Assembly: GCA_963693055.1 (NCBI GenBank) | Contig: OY843751.1 | Span: 4,416,001 to 4,480,000 of the forward strand | DNA: 64,000 nucleotides | Source of the DNA: a bacterium | GTDB taxonomy: Bacteria > Zhuqueibacterota > Zhuqueibacteria > Residuimicrobiales > Krinioviventaceae | Direction: 5' to 3' | In this document: positions 20,717 to 29,810 of the stretch, one piece after another | How the letters are laid out: each line of letters opens with the position of its first letter | Position numbering within the stretch: the first letter of the stretch is position 1 | Notes under the pieces: model-generated | Seen by the model: the letters and a program-made list of their open reading frames with translations, nothing else | What the model was told of the DNA's origin: nothing | Database searches by the model: none | Position numbers and translations under genes: made by a program

Positions 20717-21589
20717 CTAGTTGTTACTGGTGGAAGTGAATGCTGGGTAATTATTCAAAACATTTAAAATTTCTCTTTGAATATTTTCGTTTTGTTCATC
20801 TCGTACACGATATACTGACTGCTCAGCCTGATAGCGTCCTCCCCGATAGAATCTGTCTGTTATAAACAAATAATACCAAACAGCACCACTAGTGTCTCCT
20901 GCAGCGAATAGTGAAATATTTGCTGTCAAGTTTAGACAATTCAGTATCAACGAATTTGCAAAATTCTTGTACTCACCCGCATACAGTTGCCCACTTCCGG
21001 GAATAAATGTAGACAACCATTTGGCAACATTTGGATTTTTTGTTTTAGACGTCTCAGTTTTTTTTAAAATATTATTCAACCTGGGGAAGCATTCTTTATC
21101 ATTCAATCGGTTATAATCACTTAAAAACTCGTTTGCTTTTGGCCAATTTTTAGCATAAACAGCAGAAATAAACAACAAGAAATAAATATTCTTCTTTTTC
21201 ACTTCATCAATAGGCTTTTGTAGTAAAGACAACAATTCTAATTGCGCAAGACTGTAATTCTCCAAAACAATATAGCCAGAGGCTTTTGCTGTAATGATTT
21301 CAAACAACTGATCATTGCTACTTGTATAGTTCTGGGCTGTATTAAACATTTCAATAGATTTTGTATTGTCTCCCAATTCTCTATAACATAAACCCATCTT
21401 GAAGTAAACCTGTCCCCAAATATCTGTTTCTTTAGAAAAGCACAATACTCTATGCAATTCTTTTAAAGCATCATGATAATTGTTTTGATCTACCAAATAG
21501 TCACTAAAAATAATAATATCGTTCAAACCGGATTGTGCAAAACTCTGAACAGCTAAAAGAACAATACTATGGATTAAAAACTTTTTCAA
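20717..21589 (-). CDS. TPR protein with C-terminal PGxGQLYAG membrane hairpin
   Basis: Probable TTG start giving signal peptide MKKFLIHSIVLLAVQSFA; YFKMGLCY TPR; KNPNVAKWLSTFIPGSGQLYAG. Confidence 0.65.
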   Translation of the reverse strand: MKKFLIHSIVLLAVQSFAQSGLNDIIIFSDYLVDQNNYHDALKELHRVLCFSKETDIWGQVYFKMGLCYRELGDNTKSIEMFNTAQNYTSSNDQLFEIITAKASGYIVLENYSLAQLELLSLLQKPIDEVKKKNIYFLLFISAVYAKNWPKANEFLSDYNRLNDKECFPRLNNILKKTETSKTKNPNVAKWLSTFIPGSGQLYAGEYKNFANSLILNCLNLTANISLFAAGDTSGAVWYYLFITDRFYRGGRYQAEQSVYRVRDEQNENIQREILNVLNNYPAFTSTSNN

Positions 21590-22439
21590 CAGAAACCCTA
21601 ATTCTATGATCAAACTGATTATTAATTTCAATATTTTGGACTTTAACAGTAACAGCAGATCCATAAATATTTCCCAGATAAAAAACAGTACCAAGACTAC
21701 CAAACAACCATCCCTTTACTGAATGACTTCCATCGTCTGAGAATGAACTAAATGATTGCCATGACAATACTCCAACCAGTAACAGAGTAGAAATACCATC
21801 AATATTACGTCCGGCATATAATTTCCCTAATCCTGGTAAGAATGCAGACAATATTCCCGCTGTAACTGGATTTTTCATGGTTAAATTGGGGCCAATTTGT
21901 TGCAATTGTTTAAAATCATTTATAAAAAAATGTTTAATATCATCTAATTGATGCAAATGCATTTGGGCTTTTATCCATTTTTTTTCGATCATATAATTTG
22001 CAGCTATCAATAATTCTTTTTCTACTCTCACATTACTTTTATCAATCTGCTCCAAATACGTAATAGATTTTTCATACTGATTCAATTGATAATAGATGTA
22101 TCCGGTTTGCAGCAACGCATTATTATAAACCCAATCATTACTTTTATGAATAGCCCCAAATTTATCTAAAGCATTTTGATATTTTTTTGTATACTGATAA
22201 CACATTCCAATTTTAAACGTAATACTATCTACATCGCATATCAATGACTCTTTTTTACATAAATAAAGATAGCGTTCATACTCAGAGATTGCAAACTGGT
22301 AGTCCTGATTTTCATATAGATAATTTGCAAACTTTATTGTATTCGTTGGAGTATAATATTCGTGAAAATCCATGTTTTGCGCGCAAACACGTATTGCTAA
22401 AAATATTATTATTATACTAAAAAGATGCTTAATGCTCAT
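21567..22439 (-). CDS. TPR protein with C-terminal PGLG.LYAG hairpin, paralog of the downstream gene
   Basis: Signal peptide; FA.YL...DY..AI.EY.R, FKIGMCY TPR; KNPVTAGILSAFLPGLGKLYAG. Confidence 0.7.
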   Translation of the reverse strand: MSIKHLFSIIIIFLAIRVCAQNMDFHEYYTPTNTIKFANYLYENQDYQFAISEYERYLYLCKKESLICDVDSITFKIGMCYQYTKKYQNALDKFGAIHKSNDWVYNNALLQTGYIYYQLNQYEKSITYLEQIDKSNVRVEKELLIAANYMIEKKWIKAQMHLHQLDDIKHFFINDFKQLQQIGPNLTMKNPVTAGILSAFLPGLGKLYAGRNIDGISTLLLVGVLSWQSFSSFSDDGSHSVKGWLFGSLGTVFYLGNIYGSAVTVKVQNIEINNQFDHRIRVSVEKVFNP

Positions 22440-22875
22440 GTTGCTTCCCTTTTAAAACTATTTGATAATATAAAATATCATCAATAGCTTTACCGGTCAC
22501 CGGATCTATCTCATAATATTTCAGAGCAATATCATTACAACGAACCAACCGGTCTGCGGTTAATAGAATACCCGTAAAAACCCCTCTTTGTTTAATCGCC
22601 ATATAACCAAAATTTGAGCAACTGACATTAAAATTACATGTTGGCTTGTCTTGAGGAGAAATAAAATTTTGATAGACTTTGATTGCTCCCTTGGGTAAAA
22701 GCTTTATCAGCGATAAATCTTCAATTGGGGATTCATTAAAAGCCTTGACATCTAAAGAGGGATGACTTTTAAGGATGAATTGTATATCTTTATCATTGGG
22801 AAAACAGGTTGCCGTTGTAAATAAGAAACATGACAAACAAATTGCCCATTTAAATTTCAAATCAACATTTACCAT
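22429..22875 (-). CDS. YidD-like (membrane insertion efficiency factor family) protein with signal peptide
   Basis: YQNFISP....CNF..SCS.FG..AI...G...G.....DRL.RC three-Cys motif. Confidence 0.8.
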   Translation of the reverse strand: MVNVDLKFKWAICLSCFLFTTATCFPNDKDIQFILKSHPSLDVKAFNESPIEDLSLIKLLPKGAIKVYQNFISPQDKPTCNFNVSCSNFGYMAIKQRGVFTGILLTADRLVRCNDIALKYYEIDPVTGKAIDDILYYQIVLKGKQHEH

Positions 22876-23600
22876 TCAAAATTTTCAATCGTTACATTTT
22901 CTGGAATGTCTATATTTAAACTATCGGGAATGCTTTTATTTAATTCAAGGTTTGTCAAAGTCACATTCTTTTTTGTTTTTTTTTCGCTATTCATATATAA
23001 TATCTCAACAGTTCCGGGGAAGCCTATATAACCCAATTTTTGATAATCCTTGAAAAATATCTTTTGAACAATTGTATCTTTTTCATCATAAATTACAACA
23101 TTCACTAATTTATCATTTAACGTTTTTAGCACCGTTGTTCCCGCATTGCCCATCTCTTTTGGAGGTTGCCATATAGTTATCAGGGTATCATTCTCCACTT
23201 GATAATCTGCAAGTGTATATGATAAAGCAGATAGACCATAGTCTTTGTATTGAGATGCAATAAATGGAGATAAAAACATAAATTTTTCATGATAATCTGC
23301 ATTTACATTATAAAGCAAATGCTTTTCAGGATAAAAAATTTGCATCAATGTATCATTTATTACAATATCCTGCATTACAGGATAATTAATTTTTAAAAGT
23401 AGCGTTTCAGGATACTTTAGGTAAAAACTACCTTTAGTTAAAGACTCTATATCATTTTCAACTAAAATTTTTGTAAAATTTGCAGCTAACGAAACCAATT
23501 CAACACTTTGCAATGTAGCGGAAAAAGTTATCTTTCCTTGAAAGACACAAAACAAAAGGACAAATAAAAAGTAATCTTTGATAATTTTTGTACGAACCAT
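22869..23600 (-). CDS. LolA-like / lipoprotein-sorting periplasmic protein
   Basis: Signal peptide; A.F......KGSFYLKYP..L...YP..Q.IVIN; L.NLELNKSIPDS..IDIP C-terminus. Confidence 0.55.
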   Translation of the reverse strand: MVRTKIIKDYFLFVLLFCVFQGKITFSATLQSVELVSLAANFTKILVENDIESLTKGSFYLKYPETLLLKINYPVMQDIVINDTLMQIFYPEKHLLYNVNADYHEKFMFLSPFIASQYKDYGLSALSYTLADYQVENDTLITIWQPPKEMGNAGTTVLKTLNDKLVNVVIYDEKDTIVQKIFFKDYQKLGYIGFPGTVEILYMNSEKKTKKNVTLTNLELNKSIPDSLNIDIPENVTIENFEW

Positions 23601-23618
23601 CTTGATCTCGAGAATAAA

Positions 23619-23644
23619 CCGGGTAAAGAAACATCTTTACCCGG
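23619..23644 (-). terminator. Intra-cluster hairpin/attenuator
   Basis: Perfect 11-bp stem ccgggtaaaga-aaca-tctttacccgg followed by TTTATT on the minus strand. Confidence 0.65.
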
Positions 23645-23660
23645 AAAACCTTAAACGCTT

Positions 23661-24080
23661 TTAATTGGATTCAGTCGTAGCCATAAAATAAACCATTGAT
23701 ACAGTTGAGCCAACTGCCCACCCAATACAAGCAGCTTTTGTCCGAAGACTTTTAGCTTTTTGACGATAACATGTTGCATATGCGTGAGCATAATCCTCAT
23801 CTTTGCCAACAAGGCGTTCTACAGGAGGCTCGGGTTTGCTTGTGGCCGCAAAGATATAACCAAAAACACCACACATGAATCCGCCAAAAGCGAAACTGGC
23901 GCTACTATCTTCATCTTCAATTGCATCTTGTTCTGCTTTTTGGCAGATGGATTCATAATTCTCAGTTTCCGCATCCTGAGCAAATGAAAAATCCATTGTG
24001 ATTGGCAGGATTACCAAATTCAACATCAATGCAACCATTAACAAATTTACAACAACAAACCGGTTTCGAATGAAATCCAT
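23661..24080 (-). CDS. Small exported/membrane protein, four Cys, Gly-rich hydrophobic segments
   Basis: aggagg RBS; signal peptide ending SFA-Q; FAFGGFMCGVFG and ACIGWAVG segments. Confidence 0.7.
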   Translation of the reverse strand: MDFIRNRFVVVNLLMVALMLNLVILPITMDFSFAQDAETENYESICQKAEQDAIEDEDSSASFAFGGFMCGVFGYIFAATSKPEPPVERLVGKDEDYAHAYATCYRQKAKSLRTKAACIGWAVGSTVSMVYFMATTESN

Positions 24081-24405
24081 ACTACCTCCTTTACAAAATT
24101 ATTGATTTATTTCATTTCATTTAATATTTCATGATTGAATCATACAGTTTTGCCCCCCACAATTCTATAAAAAAGTTTTCCAATCAATACAATAAAATCA
24201 ATTGATCAACTATAAAGAGGCATTCATTTACTACCATTGTTGAAATTACATAAAACTAAAAAATAATACATTGAAAATTAAAACAATTGGCTGGGCTAAC
24301 ATCCCCACCCCAAATAATTTCAAAAACTCCCCAATAACAAGTCAAGTTTATTGAAACTAATTTTATAATTTAATAAAAAATTGTGTGAAATCAAGTAAAA
24401 TAAAT

Positions 24406-25728
24406 TCATTCAATTTTATCATTCTTTTTCTCCAACCATGAATCAGAAAAAATCCGATATCCTATTCCCTTATCGCCATGCCCTCCCCGACTAAAAAAGG
24501 TAATCATATATCCATCAGCCAGCTTGCCAATGGTACTGTACGAGAAAGGGCCTTCTTCAATCATTTTGTGCTGCCATGTTTTTCCATTATCATCACTGAA
24601 ATATATGGTACCGTGCACCCGGTCATCATCCCAATTTACTTTGTTGTGCTGTTGTTTGCCATTGGGTATTGAGAAATACAAACGGTCGCCAACTTTGGCA
24701 AGCGTACCATGACACAAGACACTACTGACATTAATCAAAAACGGATCTGACCAGCTTGCACCACCATCATCACTGGTATGCGCTATTCGTTGGTCCAGCA
24801 GCGGAATTACCGATGGAGTTTGAGATAATTTCTCAAATCTTTCACTGGAATTCACCCGCCGGATCATAAACAATCGGCTTCCATCATCAATGGAAACCAC
24901 CGAAGCTTCATTCCCAAGAAAATCGGAAATAAATCCATCCATTTCCCAGCGCTGTCCCTGGTCATCACTATATATAATACCCGAACCACTGCAGGGATGA
25001 TTACGAAAGTTATCCGTCATGGTATCCCCATCCGGTACAGAATATATAGGGGCAGCCAAAATCAATCTCCCACTATGGGTACCGTTTTTAATTTCATGCA
25101 CCTGACCAATAGCATTCAAAAATACGGGAGTATGTCCATTATAATTTTTGTATAGCGGAGTTTCTGCACCGGTTAACACCTTGTGGTGCCAGGTTACGCC
25201 ATCATCATCCGACCAATATTGTAGTAAAACCGAGGCTTTATCCATGCCAATCGCATTTAAATTAATACCGGTTTTTTCCAAAACCAATTGGGGATCATTA
25301 TCATAATATGATTTGGTTACTTTTAATCCCACACAGGTCAAAAATAAAATACGCTCTCCATTTTCGAATTCTGAAACCCAGGGTGAAATGGCAAAATGGT
25401 TCATAGGAGTAGATAAAAGGGTTACTCCTTCCCAGGTGTTGCCATAATCACAACTCTTGTTCATAAGAATGACTTTGGGCTCATTATCATCCCCATGAAT
25501 TAGTCGTCCCTGACAAAAAACAAGCAATGCGCCAGTACGAGTAACAACATATGAGGGCTGGAACGTTTTTGCGACTGTCTCATTACCCACTCTGAGACCG
25601 GGTTTGAATACAAATTTCAGTTCGCTGATTCCGGTTTCAGTAATTTGCTTTTGAATCTGGCTAGGTTCATTTGTACAAAAACATACAAATACTAACATTA
25701 TAATCGGTATTACATAATGATATCTCAT
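24406..25728 (-). CDS. Sialidase-like (BNR/Asp-box) beta-propeller protein
   Basis: Five Asp-boxes (SCDYGNTW, SDDDGVTW, SDDQGQRW, SDDGGASW, SDDNGKTW); SYS Tyr motif; signal peptide. Confidence 0.75.
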   Translation of the reverse strand: MRYHYVIPIIMLVFVCFCTNEPSQIQKQITETGISELKFVFKPGLRVGNETVAKTFQPSYVVTRTGALLVFCQGRLIHGDDNEPKVILMNKSCDYGNTWEGVTLLSTPMNHFAISPWVSEFENGERILFLTCVGLKVTKSYYDNDPQLVLEKTGINLNAIGMDKASVLLQYWSDDDGVTWHHKVLTGAETPLYKNYNGHTPVFLNAIGQVHEIKNGTHSGRLILAAPIYSVPDGDTMTDNFRNHPCSGSGIIYSDDQGQRWEMDGFISDFLGNEASVVSIDDGSRLFMIRRVNSSERFEKLSQTPSVIPLLDQRIAHTSDDGGASWSDPFLINVSSVLCHGTLAKVGDRLYFSIPNGKQQHNKVNWDDDRVHGTIYFSDDNGKTWQHKMIEEGPFSYSTIGKLADGYMITFFSRGGHGDKGIGYRIFSDSWLEKKNDKIE

Positions 25729-25941
25729 ATTCCACTCGTTCTTAATTTTGAAAATACCATGTAATAAAACTAGCATTCATTCTTTGAATTTAGCAGTAAT
25801 ATCAAAAACATCTTGACAACTTGCCATTGTAATAGTACATTGAAAATTAAACAATTAGGGTCCAAAAACATAACTTGATAATCATTGTCAATAATATAAA
25901 TAAAAAACAATAAAATACAGTTATTAATTATATGAAAAACA

Positions 25942-26334
25942 ATGAACAAATTTTTGACACACTTTTTATCAAAACTAGAAAAATACCCGCAATTAGATTA
26001 TCACATTGATAACAATTGCATTACTATAGATGCACCAACAGAAAACGGACATTCTGTTTGGTTGTCTGTTAATAAATCAGACTATACCGCGGGATACGAT
26101 GGATGGCACGAAAAATTTGATAATGAGGAATCTGCACTTAACGCTATTGCATTTGGATTAAGCGATCAGTGTCGGCTGGCAATAGAAAAAAGAGGTAAAA
26201 TCGTTTGTAAATGGACCCTCCAATTTAAAGATGGAGATCAATGGCAAACAGATAGTGAAACCGGATTACTATTTATACCTTTTTGGCTTGAAAAATATAT
26301 CGAGTATCGGCAAAATAATATCATCAAAATTTAA
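25942..26334 (+). CDS. Hypothetical protein
   Basis: 130-aa ORF with GWHE.F and C-terminal PFW...Y.QN; TTGACA-17-TACATT promoter at 25813-25841. Confidence 0.6.
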   Translation: MNKFLTHFLSKLEKYPQLDYHIDNNCITIDAPTENGHSVWLSVNKSDYTAGYDGWHEKFDNEESALNAIAFGLSDQCRLAIEKRGKIVCKWTLQFKDGDQWQTDSETGLLFIPFWLEKYIEYRQNNIIKI

Positions 26335-26389
26335 TAAACTGAATAGCTGGCAATAAAGTTTTTTACAATGCGCCAGGAAAGACCAAGCG

Positions 26390-27217
26390 ATGAATAACAA
26401 TTATGTCTTACAAGAAGACCTGTTAAAAGACAAATTGATCAATAAAATGTTGATCGTTTCTTCCATACTAATCACAATAGCCTATATAAGCGCCCAAATT
26501 CGTGCGTTTGAAATAGGCTGGTCATTACGCGATTTATTCCAAACTTTGGCCTGGCTGGTCATTTTAACGCCTGCTGTTTTTCGAAAAAGATTGGGGGTGT
26601 TTACAAAAGCTACAATTGTTATCATTGCTTTTACATTGGGTTCAATACCAGGCGTGTATACCTTGGGAATACTTGGTGGTACTATATTTCTTTTTCCGAC
26701 AACAGCAGTTCTGATCGCGATTTTTTACTCATCAAAAGCCAGCAGCTTGTTTATAATTATTTCTCTCGCATTCCTCACATGGATTGCTTATCGATTTATA
26801 TCAGGAAATGCAGTACTTTCACACAGCGCGGATTTTTTCATTACAAATATCTTTCATTGGGTTGTGTATCTATTGTGTGTTGCATTCTTTTTCATTGTTT
26901 CCTGCCAAACTATACATAGTTTTCGTAAAACAATGGAATTGCAACTTGAGACAATTAAAAGTCAAAGGGATGAACTATCAAAAATTAATAAAGAATTGGT
27001 TGACGCTTCCCAAAATATTAAAAAGCTGCAGGGTATGCTTCCCATCTGCTCATCCTGCAAAAAAATCAGGGATGATAAGGGATATTGGAACCAGATTGAA
27101 TCTTATATCAAACAACACTCTGATGCAGAATTCAGCCACGGTATTTGTCCCGATTGTGCGCAGAAATTATATGGTGAATTTTATAAAAGTAGAAATGATA
27201 AAGATACTAAATCATAA
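26390..27217 (+). CDS. Membrane sensor-like protein with C-terminal CxxC...HxxCxxC module
   Basis: About six TM helices, coiled coil, LPICSSCKKIRDDKGYW...FSHGICPDC. Confidence 0.75.
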   Translation: MNNNYVLQEDLLKDKLINKMLIVSSILITIAYISAQIRAFEIGWSLRDLFQTLAWLVILTPAVFRKRLGVFTKATIVIIAFTLGSIPGVYTLGILGGTIFLFPTTAVLIAIFYSSKASSLFIIISLAFLTWIAYRFISGNAVLSHSADFFITNIFHWVVYLLCVAFFFIVSCQTIHSFRKTMELQLETIKSQRDELSKINKELVDASQNIKKLQGMLPICSSCKKIRDDKGYWNQIESYIKQHSDAEFSHGICPDCAQKLYGEFYKSRNDKDTKS

Positions 27218-27268
27218 AAAATGCCTCCGCAAATCACATTCACAGAGGCATTTCCATTTACATCTTTA

Positions 27269-27784
27269 TTAATGTGCTTTCAACTCTTTAACTTTTCCGG
27301 TAGCAGCTTTAATTACTTTGTTAGCATTCTTGTCAAACATGGCAGCACAATGCTCACCACACAAATAATAGGTATGTCCGTCGTATACACGAGAAACAGT
27401 ACTATCATTGACTGCCACATCCATTCCACAGGCACATTTGGCAACCAATTCACCCGAATCTTTTACCTTGAAAACATTTCCCATCATTCCATTATCAATT
27501 TTGGCTTTTAACACCTTTTTATCAAGATCGGTTTTCATTGTAGAACTATTTTCGCTGAATTTTGTTTTACAACCATCACTGCAAACATAATAAAACTCTC
27601 CGTCAACCTCAACTGCAGGGGTTGCATCTGTAACTTTAACTTGCATACCGCAAGCACATAAAGCGGTTTCCTGATCGTCTGATACTTTAATAATATTCGC
27701 TCCGTGTTTATTCACGTCCCCTGCAAAAATCGCTGTGCTGCTCAACAATAACCCCATAACCATTAACATATTTTTATTTTTCAT
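27269..27784 (-). CDS. Exported tandem YHS/TRASH metal-binding protein
   Basis: Two copies of CACGM.V......YY.C...C...F; signal peptide. Confidence 0.8.
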   Translation of the reverse strand: MKNKNMLMVMGLLLSSTAIFAGDVNKHGANIIKVSDDQETALCACGMQVKVTDATPAVEVDGEFYYVCSDGCKTKFSENSSTMKTDLDKKVLKAKIDNGMMGNVFKVKDSGELVAKCACGMDVAVNDSTVSRVYDGHTYYLCGEHCAAMFDKNANKVIKAATGKVKELKAH

Positions 27785-28083
27785 AATACTTTTCCGAAAA
27801 ATTATATATTAAAACTTGAATATTTAAACATCTACCAAATATCAGCTATTCCTTGCCTGCTACCATCTAAACAGGCTTAAATCCTGGGTACATTTGTAGT
27901 TGTAAATATAATTCATAACCCAGATTATACTATCACAATATATTAACATCGTATTTTATGAAAAGTATAGCATTCAACTTATCTTTATCTATTAACGATT
28001 TTAAAATTCCTTATCTATTTTACAATTTTTAAAATTAATCAAAAATTAAAATGACTTAGATCCAGTTCTTTTGTCCCTCAAAT

Positions 28084-28110
28084 ATTTTATGATAATTCTT
28101 ATCATAAAAT
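28084..28110. promoter_or_regulatory. Perfect palindrome resembling a Fur-family box
   Basis: attttatgataa-ttc-ttatcataaaat; core TGATAAT-t-CTTATCA is one mismatch from TGATAAT-N-ATTATCA. Confidence 0.45.
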
Positions 28111-28360
28111 GAACTTTACCTAAAAAAATAAACTCTGAATTAGAATTTAGAATATTTGTCATCGGTGTTATTTCTCTTGCATAAAACCTTATAATTATTT
28201 TTATTATATATATGAAATAAAAATTTATAAAAGCACTTAAAGTATTATTCTTTTAATAAGTGATAAAGATGATTTAATACAATACATTAAAAAATATGAA
28301 GTATGATTTATTGATTAATACAAATCTCTATGGTAAAAGTCAACTCATTTTGGATCCTAA

Positions 28361-29614
28361 ATGACCAAATTATCCAAAACTGAAGAAGGTATTGAATGGA
28401 TCAGCCAACTTCATGAAGATGATCAATCGCTGGGTTGTAAGTTATTAGATACTGTTACATTAGTAGGACAAGATGAATTTGTATCTAATTTACGGCAACA
28501 AATTATTAATAATTCAAATAACATTAATGGAAAAGTTGCTTTATTTGCAGAACGTGAACTTAAACGAGGGAAAAATAAAGTTTATAAATTATATAAAGAG
28601 CCAAAAAGAAAAAAAAACAGACGCGCAGAGGGGATGGGACCACAACCTGTTCAACCTAAAATAAACTATGATCTAAAGGTGGGCAGTGAGGGGCTTATTG
28701 CCTGGCTCATTTCAGATATATGCAGAGATAATAATAAATTTATATCACACCCGAGTCCTAACCAGATAAGAAATAAAAAAATAAGAAAGTTTGTATTAGT
28801 CACAGATATTATTGGTAGTGGTGATCGAGTGCTTGAATACCTTGAATCAGCATGGAGTGTTGCTAGCATTAAAAGTTGGAAATCACTAAAATATTTATCA
28901 TTTGTTGTTATTGCATATTCTGGTACTGAGTTGGGTATCAAAAGAGTAAAGCACCATAAAACTTGTCCTACAATTAATATAATCAAGCCATGCCCAACTA
29001 TTGACACAGAATTTGACAAAAAAACAGCAATACAAATTAAATCATTGTGTATTAATTATGATCCCGTAGACAAAAACCAAATTGATTCACTTGGGCATAG
29101 GGGAAGTGGTGTATTACTTGCATTCGCACATGGTTGTCCTAATAATGCACCAAGAATATTGCATAAACTTAAAAAAAACAATTGGAAACCTATTTTTCCA
29201 AAAAGAGTAACAACAGCAACAAGACATATTTTTGGAGAAAAAGACAATCCAAATGAACTAAAAAAGAGACTTGAAAGACTACATGAAACCAGATTAGCTA
29301 ATGGCCACTGGCTTACTCAAGTAACTAAAGAAGGACAAAAAATCATCCTATTGTTAGCAGCATTAAGAAGAGGACCGAGATTTAGTAATGCAATCGCACG
29401 GAAAACTGGTCTTACAATACCTGAAATAGAAATACTTTTAGAACAAACAAAAAATTGGGGTTGGGTATCTGAAAAATTATACTTGACAGAATCTGGCAAA
29501 ACTCAATTATCTCATATCAGAAAGATAACCAGTTCTAATGTTGATACTAATGATAAAAACAAAGTATTGTATTTTCCAAAATCGTTGAGGGCACCACAAA
29601 ATGCATCTAGTTAA
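28361..29614 (+). CDS. Retron effector: PRTase-like domain fused to C-terminal winged helix
   Basis: GSEG motif, FVLVTDIIGSG PRPP-loop-like motif, AHGCPNN; C-terminal AIARKTGLTIPEIEILL....WGWV.....LTESG wHTH; directly upstream of ncRNA and RT. Confidence 0.75.
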   Translation: MTKLSKTEEGIEWISQLHEDDQSLGCKLLDTVTLVGQDEFVSNLRQQIINNSNNINGKVALFAERELKRGKNKVYKLYKEPKRKKNRRAEGMGPQPVQPKINYDLKVGSEGLIAWLISDICRDNNKFISHPSPNQIRNKKIRKFVLVTDIIGSGDRVLEYLESAWSVASIKSWKSLKYLSFVVIAYSGTELGIKRVKHHKTCPTINIIKPCPTIDTEFDKKTAIQIKSLCINYDPVDKNQIDSLGHRGSGVLLAFAHGCPNNAPRILHKLKKNNWKPIFPKRVTTATRHIFGEKDNPNELKKRLERLHETRLANGHWLTQVTKEGQKIILLLAALRRGPRFSNAIARKTGLTIPEIEILLEQTKNWGWVSEKLYLTESGKTQLSHIRKITSSNVDTNDKNKVLYFPKSLRAPQNASS

Positions 29615-29810
29615 TGTTGGATTCACAATCCAGCTACAGCGTACTCTTTTTTTTCGGGTACGATTGTGGGGTGCAGATTACTGCAACCTCTTGTTTGAGC
29701 AGGTGCTTGCGCTAAGGTATGTCGCGCTTTTTTGTTGCGTAAGTCTTCCCGCAAACCGCGACATATCTCACCTAAAGGTGTCAAAGTAGATGTGTAGTTG
29801 GTGTCCTCAA
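29585..29810 (+). ncRNA. Retron msr-msd RNA
   Basis: Terminal arms 29585-29609 and 29787-29810 pair (12 bp + 8 bp with G-U); G29610 follows the 5' arm; hairpins 29616-29633, 29640-29662 (U-rich loop), 29668-29690, long stem 29715-29768, short 29769-29780. Confidence 0.8.

Noticed and set aside
29601-29789. 62-aa ORF between effector and RT
   Set aside because: Coincides with the hairpin-rich msr-msd; no RBS or protein-like features.
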